Assembly (NCBI GenBank): GCA_033763455.1
Contig: JANRKO010000033.1
Location: forward strand, 64,001-128,000
Reading direction: 5' to 3'
Length of the DNA: 64,000 nt
From: Polyangiaceae bacterium
Lineage (GTDB): Bacteria > Myxococcota_A > Polyangia > Polyangiales > Polyangiaceae
Within the stretch, counting starts at the first letter, position 1, and each line of letters begins with the position of its first letter. Made by a program: the position numbers and the translations under genes. The notes under the pieces were generated by a model that did no database searches, had not been told where the DNA came from, and saw only the letters and a program-made list of their open reading frames with translations. Below are positions 1 to 9,862 of the stretch, piece after piece.

Positions 1-102
1 TCTTCGGGGCCGGCCCACCGCCCAGTTCTCATCGGTGATGGCCACTCGGGCGAGTTAGGCGGCCCCTCCGCACCCAACCTCCGCTAGTGTAAAGAGAGCT
101 CC

Positions 103-807
103 ATGCGCTTTTCAGCGGGCACCAGCGGCTTCAGCTACTCCGAATGGAAGGGCACTTTTTACCCAAAGGATCTCAAATCGCCTGCCATGCTCCGCTACTA
201 CGCCGGGCGCCTACACTCGGTGGAGATCAACAACACATTTTACCGAATGCCCAGCCCGAGCCTCCTCGAAGGCTGGAAAAGCCAAGTCCCCAGCGATTTT
301 CGCTTCATTCTGAAGGCGCCACGCCGCATCACCCACTCGGAAAAACTCGCGGGCTCCGAACAGAGCCTCGCCCATCTGTTAACGACCGCAGCCGTATTGG
401 GTGAGAGCTTGGGGCCAATTTTGTTTCAGCTTCCACCAACCTTCAAGAAGGACCTGGCTTCGCTCACTTGCTTCCTGAGCTGGCTCCCCCAAACCCAGCC
501 AGCAGCGTTTGAGTTCCGACATCCAAGCTGGTTTTCAGAAGACGTTTACGCGGCGCTTGGTGCGGCCAATGCAGCGTTATGCGGCGGCGACGTGGAGGAG
601 GTTGAAAAATGCCCGCCGCTTGTTCCCACCGCCAACTGGGGATACCTGAGATTGCGAAAGTTGAGCTACACCCCTGCCGCTTTGAGTGCGTGGGCAAAAA
701 TGATTAGCCAACAGCCGTGGGAGTCGGCGTACGCATTTTTCAAGCACGAGACAGAGGGGCCCCTGCTCGCGGAAAAACTCGACCAATTGGTTTCAGGTAA
801 AACGTGA
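103..807 (+). CDS. DUF72 (YecE-like) domain protein
   Basis: GTSGFSY.W.G.FYP, VEINNTFY, FQLPP and FEFRHPSW motifs typical of DUF72. Confidence 0.9.
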   Translation: MRFSAGTSGFSYSEWKGTFYPKDLKSPAMLRYYAGRLHSVEINNTFYRMPSPSLLEGWKSQVPSDFRFILKAPRRITHSEKLAGSEQSLAHLLTTAAVLGESLGPILFQLPPTFKKDLASLTCFLSWLPQTQPAAFEFRHPSWFSEDVYAALGAANAALCGGDVEEVEKCPPLVPTANWGYLRLRKLSYTPAALSAWAKMISQQPWESAYAFFKHETEGPLLAEKLDQLVSGKT

Positions 808-824
808 GTCAATGGGGGCACACG

Positions 825-2753
825 CTAGGAAGCCGGGGTTGGGTTCGCCAATTTCAGGATCAAACGCCTTAGCTCAGAGAGATCAAACGGCTTGGTAAGC
901 GCGGGCACCTCAAGCCCAGCCAAGAAGTCCGTTTGCTCGGACGTAAAAGCTCCACCCGTCATGATCAACATGCGCTTTTCAAGCCCTGGCCAACGTTCCT
1001 TGAGAATCGCAAAAAGGTCGCTGCCTCCCTGACCAGGCATGGTCAGGTCGCAGAGGATAACGTCCGGCCGCTCACCGCTCGACAGCCACTCCACTACGGC
1101 GGAAACCAGGGTGGTGGCGCGCACTTCATGTTCATCTGCCAAGAGCTGCGCGATAAGCTTGCCGATCATAGGTTCGTCGTCGATGACCCAGACGGTAATG
1201 CTGGAGGTTTGCGGAGGAGGGGCTGCTGGTTGCGCTACGGCTGCAGCCACCACTTCAGGCCCCTCAAACTTGGGCAACAGCACCGCAATTTTTGTTCCGC
1301 GCCCTTCCACGCTTTCAACACGGATCTCTCCTCCTTGCGCCATAAGCAGGCTGCGACAAATGCTGAGCCCCAACCCAGTCCCCACGCCTGGCGGCTTGGT
1401 GGTGAAGAGTGGCTCGAAGATCTTTGGCAAGACGGCCGCTGGAATGCCTGATCCCGTATCGCTGATCTCCACACAAATCTGACTTTCTCCGTGCTTCTGG
1501 AGCGACACCATGATGCTGTTCTCATCAGGCGCTCCTGGTGCGATGGCCTGACCAGCGTTCACCAACAGGTTCAGAAAAACGTGCTCAAGGCTCGCAGCAT
1601 TGGCATGCACTCTCGGCACACGGGCAAAATCGCGGACCAGGCGAGCTCGGTAGCGGATCTCGCCGTCCGCGATACGAATCGCCTGCTCCAAGACTTGCTC
1701 CACATCCACGCTGCCCAAGACGAGCTCCTCGGTGCGGGCAAACACACGCAAGTCTTTCACAATGGATGCAGCGCGCCGCACGCCCCCCTCAAGCTCAGCA
1801 ATTTGGGATAGGAACCCATGTGAGTCCGCTCCCAGCAAGGGATGGGCAGCAAGCTCGGCTCGCAACTCTTCGAGGCCAAGCTGCACGTACGTGAGAGGAT
1901 TGTTGATTTCGTGGGCCACTGTTGCCGACAACATGCCCAACGCGGCCATCCGATCGGCCTTGACGAGCTGCGCATCCAGTTGTTTTCGTTCTGTCACGTC
2001 ACGAGCAAAGCCGATAACCGCCGGCTGCCCTTCGTATTCAGCGGGCACGGAAGAAATCTCCACGTAGCGCGTGAAACCGTCTGCGGAATGAAAACTGTAA
2101 ACGGTGGGCTCAAGGCGGCTTTGGCGCGCACCCATTTCCGCCAGACGCGCGCGCGTTCGTGCGGCTTCCGTGGGGTCCAGGAATTGGAGAATGGGCTTGC
2201 CTATCGCCTCTTGCGGGCTTTTCAGATCGAGCAGTGCGGCGGCACGTGGGCTCATGTAAACAACCGTAACGCCCCGCAAGATGACAACGCCATCGGGCCC
2301 ATTTTCTACCAACGCGCGAAAGCGTTGTTCTGATTGGGTCAAAGCAAGCTCACTCTTTATGCGGTCGCTCGCGTCGCGGAGGATAGTGACGGCAAGACGA
2401 CGACCCTCGAAGGCAAGGCCCGTGGTTCCCATTTCGACCTGTACACGCCGACCATCGGGCGTCAGCAGCACGGTTTCGACGGCTTTGCTTTCAGTGGAGC
2501 GGCGGCGCTCTTGAAGAAGCTCTCGCACACGATCGGCCTCTTCCGGTGCAATACATTCGAAAATCGACCCGCTGAGCAGCGCTTCGGCCGACCTCCCCGT
2601 CATGCGGGACACCCCCTCACTCACGTAGATCACGCGAGGCTCTTCGCTCACATCCGTGACCGCGAACCCTACGCCCGCTTGATCCCCCGCAAGCGCTAGT
2701 GCTTGCAACACCCTCCCCACGTCGAGATCGCTCAACTCAATGGGCGACGTCAT
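825..2753 (-). CDS. Cytoplasmic PAS-PAS hybrid sensor histidine kinase with C-terminal receiver domain
   Basis: Two PAS-like repeats; H-box HEINNPL; N-box NLLVNA; G-boxes DTGSG and GTGLGL; receiver with IDDE, CDLTMP and TKP. Confidence 0.92.
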   Translation of the reverse strand: MTSPIELSDLDVGRVLQALALAGDQAGVGFAVTDVSEEPRVIYVSEGVSRMTGRSAEALLSGSIFECIAPEEADRVRELLQERRRSTESKAVETVLLTPDGRRVQVEMGTTGLAFEGRRLAVTILRDASDRIKSELALTQSEQRFRALVENGPDGVVILRGVTVVYMSPRAAALLDLKSPQEAIGKPILQFLDPTEAARTRARLAEMGARQSRLEPTVYSFHSADGFTRYVEISSVPAEYEGQPAVIGFARDVTERKQLDAQLVKADRMAALGMLSATVAHEINNPLTYVQLGLEELRAELAAHPLLGADSHGFLSQIAELEGGVRRAASIVKDLRVFARTEELVLGSVDVEQVLEQAIRIADGEIRYRARLVRDFARVPRVHANAASLEHVFLNLLVNAGQAIAPGAPDENSIMVSLQKHGESQICVEISDTGSGIPAAVLPKIFEPLFTTKPPGVGTGLGLSICRSLLMAQGGEIRVESVEGRGTKIAVLLPKFEGPEVVAAAVAQPAAPPPQTSSITVWVIDDEPMIGKLIAQLLADEHEVRATTLVSAVVEWLSSGERPDVILCDLTMPGQGGSDLFAILKERWPGLEKRMLIMTGGAFTSEQTDFLAGLEVPALTKPFDLSELRRLILKLANPTPAS

Positions 2754-2807
2754 AGAAGCACCGTGAGAGAAGCAAACGTTCGAGGAGACCCCTTTTGGCG
2801 CGTTACG

Positions 2808-3293
2808 CTATGACGCCCGAGCCAGCCCCGGCGTACTCTTTGCCTCCGGTGAGGTTGCATACAGAACACTACCATCCCACGCTAGAAGTGACAGCGACAC
2901 TCCTTTTGAGCTGCTCCCGCTTTCCAGCGCCATCACCGTCGCGGCAAGCTCGCGCTGGGCGCGGCTTCCGGCGGGCTCCGAACAGGTCAGCATGAGCTCG
3001 CCCCCGGGCACCTCCCGGAGGCGCGCTACGAGCCCGCGGATCAAGATGCTTCGCGCAGCCTGGTGGTCTCGGTCTGTCTTGCCGTTGGATACGAAAATCA
3101 TGTGACCCAACTGCCAACCCATATTCTCAACGCGCGTGACCCGATTGGCCACCTGCGCCACCAGGGAAGAGGGGGCGCCAGGGTAGTGTTGAGCCACCAC
3201 AGCGACGTCGCCCGACTGTGACGGATGGAGCCAGCGAGGCCAGCTACCGCCGTATTCGATGACTACTAACGTTGCGCGGTGGTGTTGAGGCAT
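2808..3293 (-). CDS. Hypothetical protein
   Basis: 161 aa ORF co-oriented between ku and the kinase, with GGAG upstream of the ATG; no recognisable motif. Confidence 0.6.
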   Translation of the reverse strand: MPQHHRATLVVIEYGGSWPRWLHPSQSGDVAVVAQHYPGAPSSLVAQVANRVTRVENMGWQLGHMIFVSNGKTDRDHQAARSILIRGLVARLREVPGGELMLTCSEPAGSRAQRELAATVMALESGSSSKGVSLSLLAWDGSVLYATSPEAKSTPGLARAS

Positions 3294-3362
3294 CGGGGGG
3301 CTCCTTCGGGTTACTCACCACCGATAAACCAGGCCCCACCACTGGGCCAAAATTGGGGCTGG

Positions 3363-4238
3363 CTAGGCCGACCCGGATTCGGACTTCTTGGGGACCGGGC
3401 GTTTTCTAGGTTCAGCCTTCTTAAGCGGCGCAGGTTCCGCGTCGCGCGCAAGAGCCGCGGCGTCCCCAGAACTCTTAAGGCTACGCTTCAGGGCTTCAAA
3501 CAAGTCGATGATCTGCGCCTTGGGCTCCTCTGGCGCCACCGTTACTTCGCTGCCAGCCACCTTCTGCTCGACCGCCGCTCGCACCCGATCACTGAAAGAA
3601 TCCCGATAAGGGCTCGCGTCGAACTTATCGGCGCTGAGCTGTTCGATAAGCTTCTTGGCCAGCTCTTGCTCCTTCTCAGAGAAGGTGAAAGTCGCACCCG
3701 TATCGATCTCTTCGAACGCGCGTAGCTCATGTTGATAGTAGAGCTGGTGGAACACCAGGCCATCTTTGCCGTAAGGGCGAATCAAGATGAGCTGTTCTTT
3801 GCCCCGCGCTGACCAGCGCCCAACGGCAACGCGGTCGGTAACGCGCATAGCCTCCCCCAGCAAACGATACGCTTTATCTCCTCCCTTATCCGGACCCAAA
3901 TAATACGAACGTTCAACCTGCAAGAAATCAATGCCGGAGAGCGGCACAAACTCCACAATCTCGATGCTGTTGCTCCGTTCGGCTTCGAGCGACTTCAGCT
4001 CCTCTTCAGTGAACGTTACAAACTGCCCGCGAGCGTACTCAAAGCCCTTCACCGTATCATTGCGGCCGATTATCTCGTTGTCCGTCGGGCAGAAGAGCTG
4101 CTGCTTGATGCGCCCGCCACACTTGGCGTGCAACATGTTGAAGCTCACCTGCTCGGACGAAGCAGCGGTGTACAGCTTGACCGGAATAGAGACGAGCCCA
4201 AAGGAAATTGTACCAGAGCTGATCGCTCGCGCCGCCAT
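3363..4238 (-). CDS. ku: Non-homologous end-joining protein Ku
   Basis: G.ISFGLV.IPVKLY N-terminus, KGFEY, SYYL.PD, IIDLFEALKRSL and a basic C-terminal tail. Confidence 0.96.
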   Translation of the reverse strand: MAARAISSGTISFGLVSIPVKLYTAASSEQVSFNMLHAKCGGRIKQQLFCPTDNEIIGRNDTVKGFEYARGQFVTFTEEELKSLEAERSNSIEIVEFVPLSGIDFLQVERSYYLGPDKGGDKAYRLLGEAMRVTDRVAVGRWSARGKEQLILIRPYGKDGLVFHQLYYQHELRAFEEIDTGATFTFSEKEQELAKKLIEQLSADKFDASPYRDSFSDRVRAAVEQKVAGSEVTVAPEEPKAQIIDLFEALKRSLKSSGDAAALARDAEPAPLKKAEPRKRPVPKKSESGSA

Positions 4239-4269
4239 CGTGGCAATATGTTAGCCCGAGGCGCCCCGC

Positions 4270-6936
4270 GTGACGAAAACTTCAGCAGATAAAAGTGAAT
4301 TGCTGACGAAGCAGGAAGCCGAAGCACGTTCTCAAGAAACAAAAGGTGGGGATCTTGAAGCTTATCGAAGCAAACGCGATCCAACTCGTACCAACGAGCC
4401 CTTCGCCGCTGAACGCAAAGACAGTACACGCGAAACCAAACATGGCCGCTTCGTGGTGCACCTGCACGCGGCCACCCGCACGCATTACGATCTGCGTCTT
4501 CAGATCGGGGGCACGCTCCAGAGCTTCGCGGTACCCAAAGGGCCAAGCTTAGATCCGAATACTAAACACCTTGCCGTTCACACCGAGGACCATCCACTTG
4601 AATATCTGGAGTTCGAAGCGGTAATCCCAGCTGGCAACTATGGCGCCGGCGCCATGATCGTTTGGGATCTGGGAGTTGTGCGCTATCTTGCAACAACCGC
4701 CGAAGAGGGGCTCAAAATTGGCAAGCTCGACTTCGAGCTTTGGGGATTCAAGCTGAAGGGGCGTTTCGCTCTCGTTCACACGGGCAAACGAAAGAATGCC
4801 GGGGAAGAGAACCAGTGGCTTCTCATCAAGAAGGAAGACGCCTTTTGTTCCAAGGCGGACATTACCGAGCAGATCTACAGCGTACTTTCGAGCATTAGCG
4901 TAGCGGACCTTCCCCAAAAGCAAGAGTTGAGCAATCGGCTGATTTTCCAGGCGCAAGCCCTAGGCGCCAAAGAAGCCCGACCCGACTTCAGGACTTTCGA
5001 ACCCATGCTGTGCGCTCTTAGCGGCTCGGGGCTGAGTGACCCCGATCGGCTCTATGAGCTCAAGCTCGACGGCGTTCGCATCGTGGCCCACAAAGATCAC
5101 GACACGGCGACCCTGCGCTATCGCAATGGACGAAGCGCCACCTCAAGTTATCCGGAGGTGGTGCGAGCCATGCGAGCTCTAGCACCAGCAGAGGTGGTTC
5201 TGGACGGCGAAATTGTAACCCTCGATAGCGCTGGGCGCCCAAACTTTCAGCAGCTGGCGCCACGCATTCACGCACGAAAGCCTTTGGATGTTCAGAAGCT
5301 AAGCCTCGAAATTCCAGTGTACTATTGGGTATTCGATATCTTAGCCATTGGCCCCTACAGCCTTCTCGGAGTTCCGTTGAGCGAGCGCAAACGCCTCTTG
5401 GCGCAACTTCTGCCGGGCAGCGGGCGCTTGCGGAGCGTGGACTATTTCTCCGGACAAGGGCAGCTTCTCTTTGATTTTTGTCGCGAGCATGGTCTCGAAG
5501 GAGTGGTGGCCAAACGGACCAACTCTATTTATGTTCCTGGGCCGCGCCGCGGCGAAGATTGGGTAAAGATAAAGTGCGCTAAAGATGAGGATTTCGTTGT
5601 AGTCGGGTGGCTCGGTGGTAAAGGGAGCCGGGGTGAGTTGGGCTCATTGTGCGTGGCCAGCTACCAGGGGGATCGCTTAGTCTTCTGCGGCAGAGTAGGT
5701 AGCGGGCTGGACGCGGCCGCTTTGGCTCTCTTGTTACCTCAGTTGCAGGCCCTAGAAACTCCGCATTTCCCTGCGCACGGTGCGGTGCCCGAGGATCTAG
5801 AGGGGGCCACTTTCACGCTGCCCTCTATCGTTGTGCAGGTGCGTTTCAACAGCTGGACGGATGACGGCCGCTTGCGGGCCCCGGTATTCCTAGGCGTTCG
5901 GACAGATCGTGACCCCACCGAGTGCCAAGCCACTCCGCCGGAGGCTTGGCTTGAACAAGCACCTGAAACCGAAGCGGAAGCTGAAGTCGAAACCCTGGTT
6001 GAAGGTAACCCGGAAGCGGCGGGCGCGCCCGGAAAGAAAGTCGTGGTTTCGAACCGCAACAAGATCTTCTGGCCAGAGGAAGGCTACACCAAGGGCGACT
6101 TGTGTGATTACTACGCGTCGGTAGCCCACGTGATGTTGCCATTCCTGAAAGGGCGCCCTGTCGTTCTGGTGCGCTACCCCGACGGCATTCATGGCAAGAG
6201 CTTTTACCAGTGGAATGTGCCCCAAGGGACCCCCGAATGGATCCGCACGCTTGAACTCACCCGTGAAGAACGCAGCGACGATGGTGACGGCAGGAAGACG
6301 GTCTTCCTGCTCGACCACCTAGCTTCACTCGTACACGTGGCGAACCTCGGGTGCATTCCCTTGCATGTGTTAGCCTGTCGTGAAGAAACTCGAGACGCAT
6401 GCGATTTTCTGACGGTCGACTTCGACGTGGGTGAGCGCCCTTTTGAGGATGCTGTGCGGCTAGCCCTCTCGTTGCGGACCATCTTGAACGACCTCGGGTT
6501 GGTGGGTTTTCCAAAAACTTCCGGCCAAAAAGGCCTCCACGTGCTCGTGCCCCTGGGCCAAGAGGTACCCTTCGACGCCGCCAAGCTGCTGGTGGAACTC
6601 CTTGGCCGTTGGCTCCTCAGCCAACACCCGGATATCGCCACCATGGAGCGCCGCATCTCCAAACGTGGACCCAAGGTGCTCATAGACGTAGGCCAAACAG
6701 GACGCTCTCGCACCATCGTGGCGCCATACTCCGTGCGTGCCTACCGAGGAGCCACCGTCTCGACGCCACTCAACTGGGACGAAGTCCACCTAGCGCTCGA
6801 CCCACGAGCCTTCACCATCTCTTCGGTGCCCTTGCGCCTAGCAGCACTTGGCGACCCTTTCGCGAGCTTCTTTGATAACGCTCCCGACCTCGCAGACGCG
6901 ATGAGTCGCATGGAACGAAAGCTTCGTGGGGGCTAG
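4270..6936 (+). CDS. ligD: DNA ligase D (phosphoesterase-ligase-polymerase order)
   Basis: PE domain H.ATRTHYDLRL...SFAVPKGPS; ligase ELKLDG, LDGE, EGVVAKR, WVKIK; polymerase TKGDL..YY, RYPDG, KTSG.KGLH, APYSVR. Exact start uncertain. Confidence 0.95.
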   Translation: MTKTSADKSELLTKQEAEARSQETKGGDLEAYRSKRDPTRTNEPFAAERKDSTRETKHGRFVVHLHAATRTHYDLRLQIGGTLQSFAVPKGPSLDPNTKHLAVHTEDHPLEYLEFEAVIPAGNYGAGAMIVWDLGVVRYLATTAEEGLKIGKLDFELWGFKLKGRFALVHTGKRKNAGEENQWLLIKKEDAFCSKADITEQIYSVLSSISVADLPQKQELSNRLIFQAQALGAKEARPDFRTFEPMLCALSGSGLSDPDRLYELKLDGVRIVAHKDHDTATLRYRNGRSATSSYPEVVRAMRALAPAEVVLDGEIVTLDSAGRPNFQQLAPRIHARKPLDVQKLSLEIPVYYWVFDILAIGPYSLLGVPLSERKRLLAQLLPGSGRLRSVDYFSGQGQLLFDFCREHGLEGVVAKRTNSIYVPGPRRGEDWVKIKCAKDEDFVVVGWLGGKGSRGELGSLCVASYQGDRLVFCGRVGSGLDAAALALLLPQLQALETPHFPAHGAVPEDLEGATFTLPSIVVQVRFNSWTDDGRLRAPVFLGVRTDRDPTECQATPPEAWLEQAPETEAEAEVETLVEGNPEAAGAPGKKVVVSNRNKIFWPEEGYTKGDLCDYYASVAHVMLPFLKGRPVVLVRYPDGIHGKSFYQWNVPQGTPEWIRTLELTREERSDDGDGRKTVFLLDHLASLVHVANLGCIPLHVLACREETRDACDFLTVDFDVGERPFEDAVRLALSLRTILNDLGLVGFPKTSGQKGLHVLVPLGQEVPFDAAKLLVELLGRWLLSQHPDIATMERRISKRGPKVLIDVGQTGRSRTIVAPYSVRAYRGATVSTPLNWDEVHLALDPRAFTISSVPLRLAALGDPFASFFDNAPDLADAMSRMERKLRGG

Positions 6937-6947
6937 CACATCTCCCC

Positions 6948-7253
6948 TCAGAGCAGGCATCTTTCAAACTGATCCGCATCAGGCGCATTCATAGCGCACC
7001 TGTACGCTGCTTCCGAAACATACTTCGGACACTCAGCAAAAGACGGCGACTTTTGGGCTAAGTCGCGCGCTTCCTTCCGACGCAGCGCAAGCTTCACCGC
7101 CGACGTTTTAGGTGCCTCAGCGCGCACCAGAAACTCCACATAGCGGTCCAGCAAAAACTCGCACTCGGCGCTGGTGGTGCGCCTCTGGCAACCAGAGGCA
7201 GCAAGAACAACAACCGCGGACACAGCCACCCGAACTAGACCAAGATACCGCAC
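6948..7253 (-). CDS. Small Cys-rich lipoprotein (paralog 2)
   Basis: Likely GTG start at 7253, right after the upstream stop; lipobox ASGC; four mature Cys spaced as in the upstream gene. Confidence 0.65.
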   Translation of the reverse strand: MRYLGLVRVAVSAVVVLAASGCQRRTTSAECEFLLDRYVEFLVRAEAPKTSAVKLALRRKEARDLAQKSPSFAECPKYVSEAAYRCAMNAPDADQFERCLL

Positions 7254-7254
7254 T

Positions 7255-7554
7255 CTAATCAAAGCACTTCTCAACCACATCTTTGGAACTGGTCGCTGCT
7301 TGCACACACTTCATAGTGGCCTCGGTGATGCGTTTTCCGACGCAGCGCTCGTCAATGCGTTGTTTCAACAGAACTTTTTCGGTTTGGACCTCGCGATCGA
7401 TGACCTCTTGGTCGCTCATCGGACGCGACTCCTTGATCTGAAGCCTCGCCACGCGATCAACAATCACCTCGCAATCCTGCACCGTCGCAGGTCTCCCGCA
7501 CGAAGAAAGCAGGAACGCCCCGCTCAAAAGCAGCCAGTTTCGAAACATCGCCAT
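7255..7554 (-). CDS. Small Cys-rich lipoprotein (paralog 1)
   Basis: Signal peptide with lipobox LSSC; four mature Cys. Confidence 0.7.
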   Translation of the reverse strand: MAMFRNWLLLSGAFLLSSCGRPATVQDCEVIVDRVARLQIKESRPMSDQEVIDREVQTEKVLLKQRIDERCVGKRITEATMKCVQAATSSKDVVEKCFD

Positions 7555-7630
7555 TCCTTTATCACTCCAGGCTTATGCAAGCGCCGGGGAAAATAGCCGA
7601 AAACTGGACGCCTGTGCAGGTACTGCTAGA

Positions 7631-8497
7631 TTGACCAGGTGGCCCGAGGAGTATTGCCAGAACATGGAACAACGCCAATCAAGCACTCGTGCGGTAAAGT
7701 CCACCAAACAGTTCGTCAAGAAGGCAGTGTACGCTGAGCCCCCCATGACCCGATCGCGCCCAGAGGCCACGGCAACTCCAGAGCTCATGCTGGAGAAGGC
7801 CACCCTTGCGCGCGATTCGGAAGGGCGAGCCAAATACGCTCGCCGGGGCCTGAACGTGAAGGGCGGGATGGATCAGACCACCCGGGCCATGTTGCTTCGG
7901 CAGTTGTATCTGTCCCACATTGAATCTCGGCGTTTTGGTGAGGCGCTTTCGGTTGCGCTTCAAATGGTGGAGACGAGCGTAATGCCGGATGTAGCTCGCC
8001 AGGATGCCGCCCGGGCGTGTTTGGGGCTTGAGCGTCGTCGCGAGGCCATCGAACACCTTCGAATCGCCAGCCGAGTGAGCCCACCTTCGCGCCGAGCCTT
8101 TCACCTGTGGACGCTTGGCAGTGTCCTTTATCTCTCCGGGCAAGAGCGCCATGCCCTGGGGCCCCTCAGTAGAGCGGTGCGCTGGGGCACCAACGATAAG
8201 CCGCTCTATCAGGCGCAAGTGGCGCTGGCTCAGCTCGCCTGTGGCGAAGCGGTGAGTAATGTGGCGGAGCTTCGAGAGCGATTGGCCGATTCGGCGTGCG
8301 GCCGGGGCTACGGGCAGTTCGTGCTCGGGGAGCTAGCCTATTGCGCCGGGGATTTTGCTGCTGCCGAGGAATATCTCACGGCCTTTGTGGAACGCACTGG
8401 GCATGGCCGCATTGCTCAGCAAATAGCCCTGGAGGGAGAATTGCGGCGTTCCCGCGATTTGTTGGCCAGAATGGCCGAAAAGCGCCGCCTCGCCTGA
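7631..8497 (+). CDS. TPR-like helical repeat protein
   Basis: Ala/Leu-rich helical repeats (LG..LY..G....A...L.RA); the true start may be ATG 7664 or 7745. Confidence 0.7.
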   Translation: MTRWPEEYCQNMEQRQSSTRAVKSTKQFVKKAVYAEPPMTRSRPEATATPELMLEKATLARDSEGRAKYARRGLNVKGGMDQTTRAMLLRQLYLSHIESRRFGEALSVALQMVETSVMPDVARQDAARACLGLERRREAIEHLRIASRVSPPSRRAFHLWTLGSVLYLSGQERHALGPLSRAVRWGTNDKPLYQAQVALAQLACGEAVSNVAELRERLADSACGRGYGQFVLGELAYCAGDFAAAEEYLTAFVERTGHGRIAQQIALEGELRRSRDLLARMAEKRRLA

Positions 8498-8527
8498 CCG
8501 AGAATTTCTTCGACCCGAGCGGGTCCA

Positions 8528-9862
8528 TTGGCTAAGAAGTCACACGTGTCCCGGTTTAATTCAACGCGTTGGGTGCTCACCTGCTTGCTTTTGGCTTGGG
8601 TCGGCATGCCCGGCACCGCCATGGCCAATACCGGTTCGCCCGACGCGTTTACATCCGCGCTGGCGCGTGGCCCCGTCTATGCGGCGCTAGCGGCACTAGC
8701 CGGAGGATTCCTGGTGAGCCTCACGCCCTGCGTGTACCCAATGATTGCAGTAACGGTGAGCGTGTTTGGCGCCCGGCAGACCAAGAGTCGCGGCGAAGGA
8801 GCGTTGCTTTCGTTGATGTTCGTGCTCGGCATTACCGCCATGTTCGTGCCACTCGGCGTGGCCGCTGGGCTCTCTGGCACGATGTTCGGTTCCGTGCTCC
8901 AAAATCAATGGGTCGTCGTGGGTATCGCCTTGTTGTTCTTGGCCATGGCCGCGGCGATGTTCGGTGTGTTTGAGTTTGGCTTGCCTTCGGGGCTCACCAA
9001 TCGCCTGGCTCAAATGGGTGGCTTTGGTTACAAGGGCGCTTTCACCCTGGGCCTCGTGTGTGGCCTCATTGCTGCGCCTTGCACTGGGCCTGTTTTGACG
9101 GGCATTTTGACGTGGATAGCGCAGACAAAGAGCGCGCCGCTCGGCGCCGCGGCGATGACCGCATTTTCGTTCGGGCTGGGGGCGCCCTTCTTTGTGGTGG
9201 GAACCTTCGCCGTCCAGTTGCCGAAAAGCGGACGCTGGATGATCTATGTAAAATCGTTGCTTGGCATCGTGCTCATTGTCGTCGCTCTCTATTTCTTGAG
9301 TTCTGCTTTTCCGGGGCTCGCTTCATTCGCAAGCCCTTCCAGCACATTCCTAGCACTCACGCTCGGAGCCAGTGTACTTGGCATCTTGCTGGGCGCCGTG
9401 CATAGAGATTTCACTGATCCTGATTGGACTTCGAAGCTACTCAAAGGCACTGGGGTAGCACTCACCAGTGTGGGCATTTGCTTGGCGATTCTAGGAGCTA
9501 CGAAAGCGTCTGGCACGCTTGCGTGGCAAACAACAGAGCTTGCTACTGCAAGAATCAAAGCTGTCGCCGAGAACCGCCCACTGCTCGTAGATTTTACGGC
9601 GGCGTGGTGCGGTGCCTGCAAAGAGCTCGAAAAGCACACATTTTCAGATCCCAAAGTGGCCGAAGAAGCCTCTCGGTTTTTGGCTGTTCGCGTCGATGCC
9701 ACTCACGACGATGATCCCAAAGTGGAAGAGACACTCGGCTCCCTGAAGGTGGTTGGGCTCCCCACGGTAGTGCTGTTTGATTCGACGGGTAAAGAAGTGC
9801 TCAGGTTCCGTGACTTCGTCCCCCCCCAAGAATTCCTCGCAGCGCTCACAAGCGTTCACTAA
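8528..9862 (+). CDS. dsbD: DsbD/CcdA-type membrane thiol:disulfide interchange protein with C-terminal thioredoxin domain
   Basis: TM-domain Cys motifs LTPCVYPMI and APCTGP; thioredoxin DFTAAWCGAC and GLPT; no N-terminal Ig-like alpha domain. Confidence 0.88.
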   Translation: MAKKSHVSRFNSTRWVLTCLLLAWVGMPGTAMANTGSPDAFTSALARGPVYAALAALAGGFLVSLTPCVYPMIAVTVSVFGARQTKSRGEGALLSLMFVLGITAMFVPLGVAAGLSGTMFGSVLQNQWVVVGIALLFLAMAAAMFGVFEFGLPSGLTNRLAQMGGFGYKGAFTLGLVCGLIAAPCTGPVLTGILTWIAQTKSAPLGAAAMTAFSFGLGAPFFVVGTFAVQLPKSGRWMIYVKSLLGIVLIVVALYFLSSAFPGLASFASPSSTFLALTLGASVLGILLGAVHRDFTDPDWTSKLLKGTGVALTSVGICLAILGATKASGTLAWQTTELATARIKAVAENRPLLVDFTAAWCGACKELEKHTFSDPKVAEEASRFLAVRVDATHDDDPKVEETLGSLKVVGLPTVVLFDSTGKEVLRFRDFVPPQEFLAALTSVH

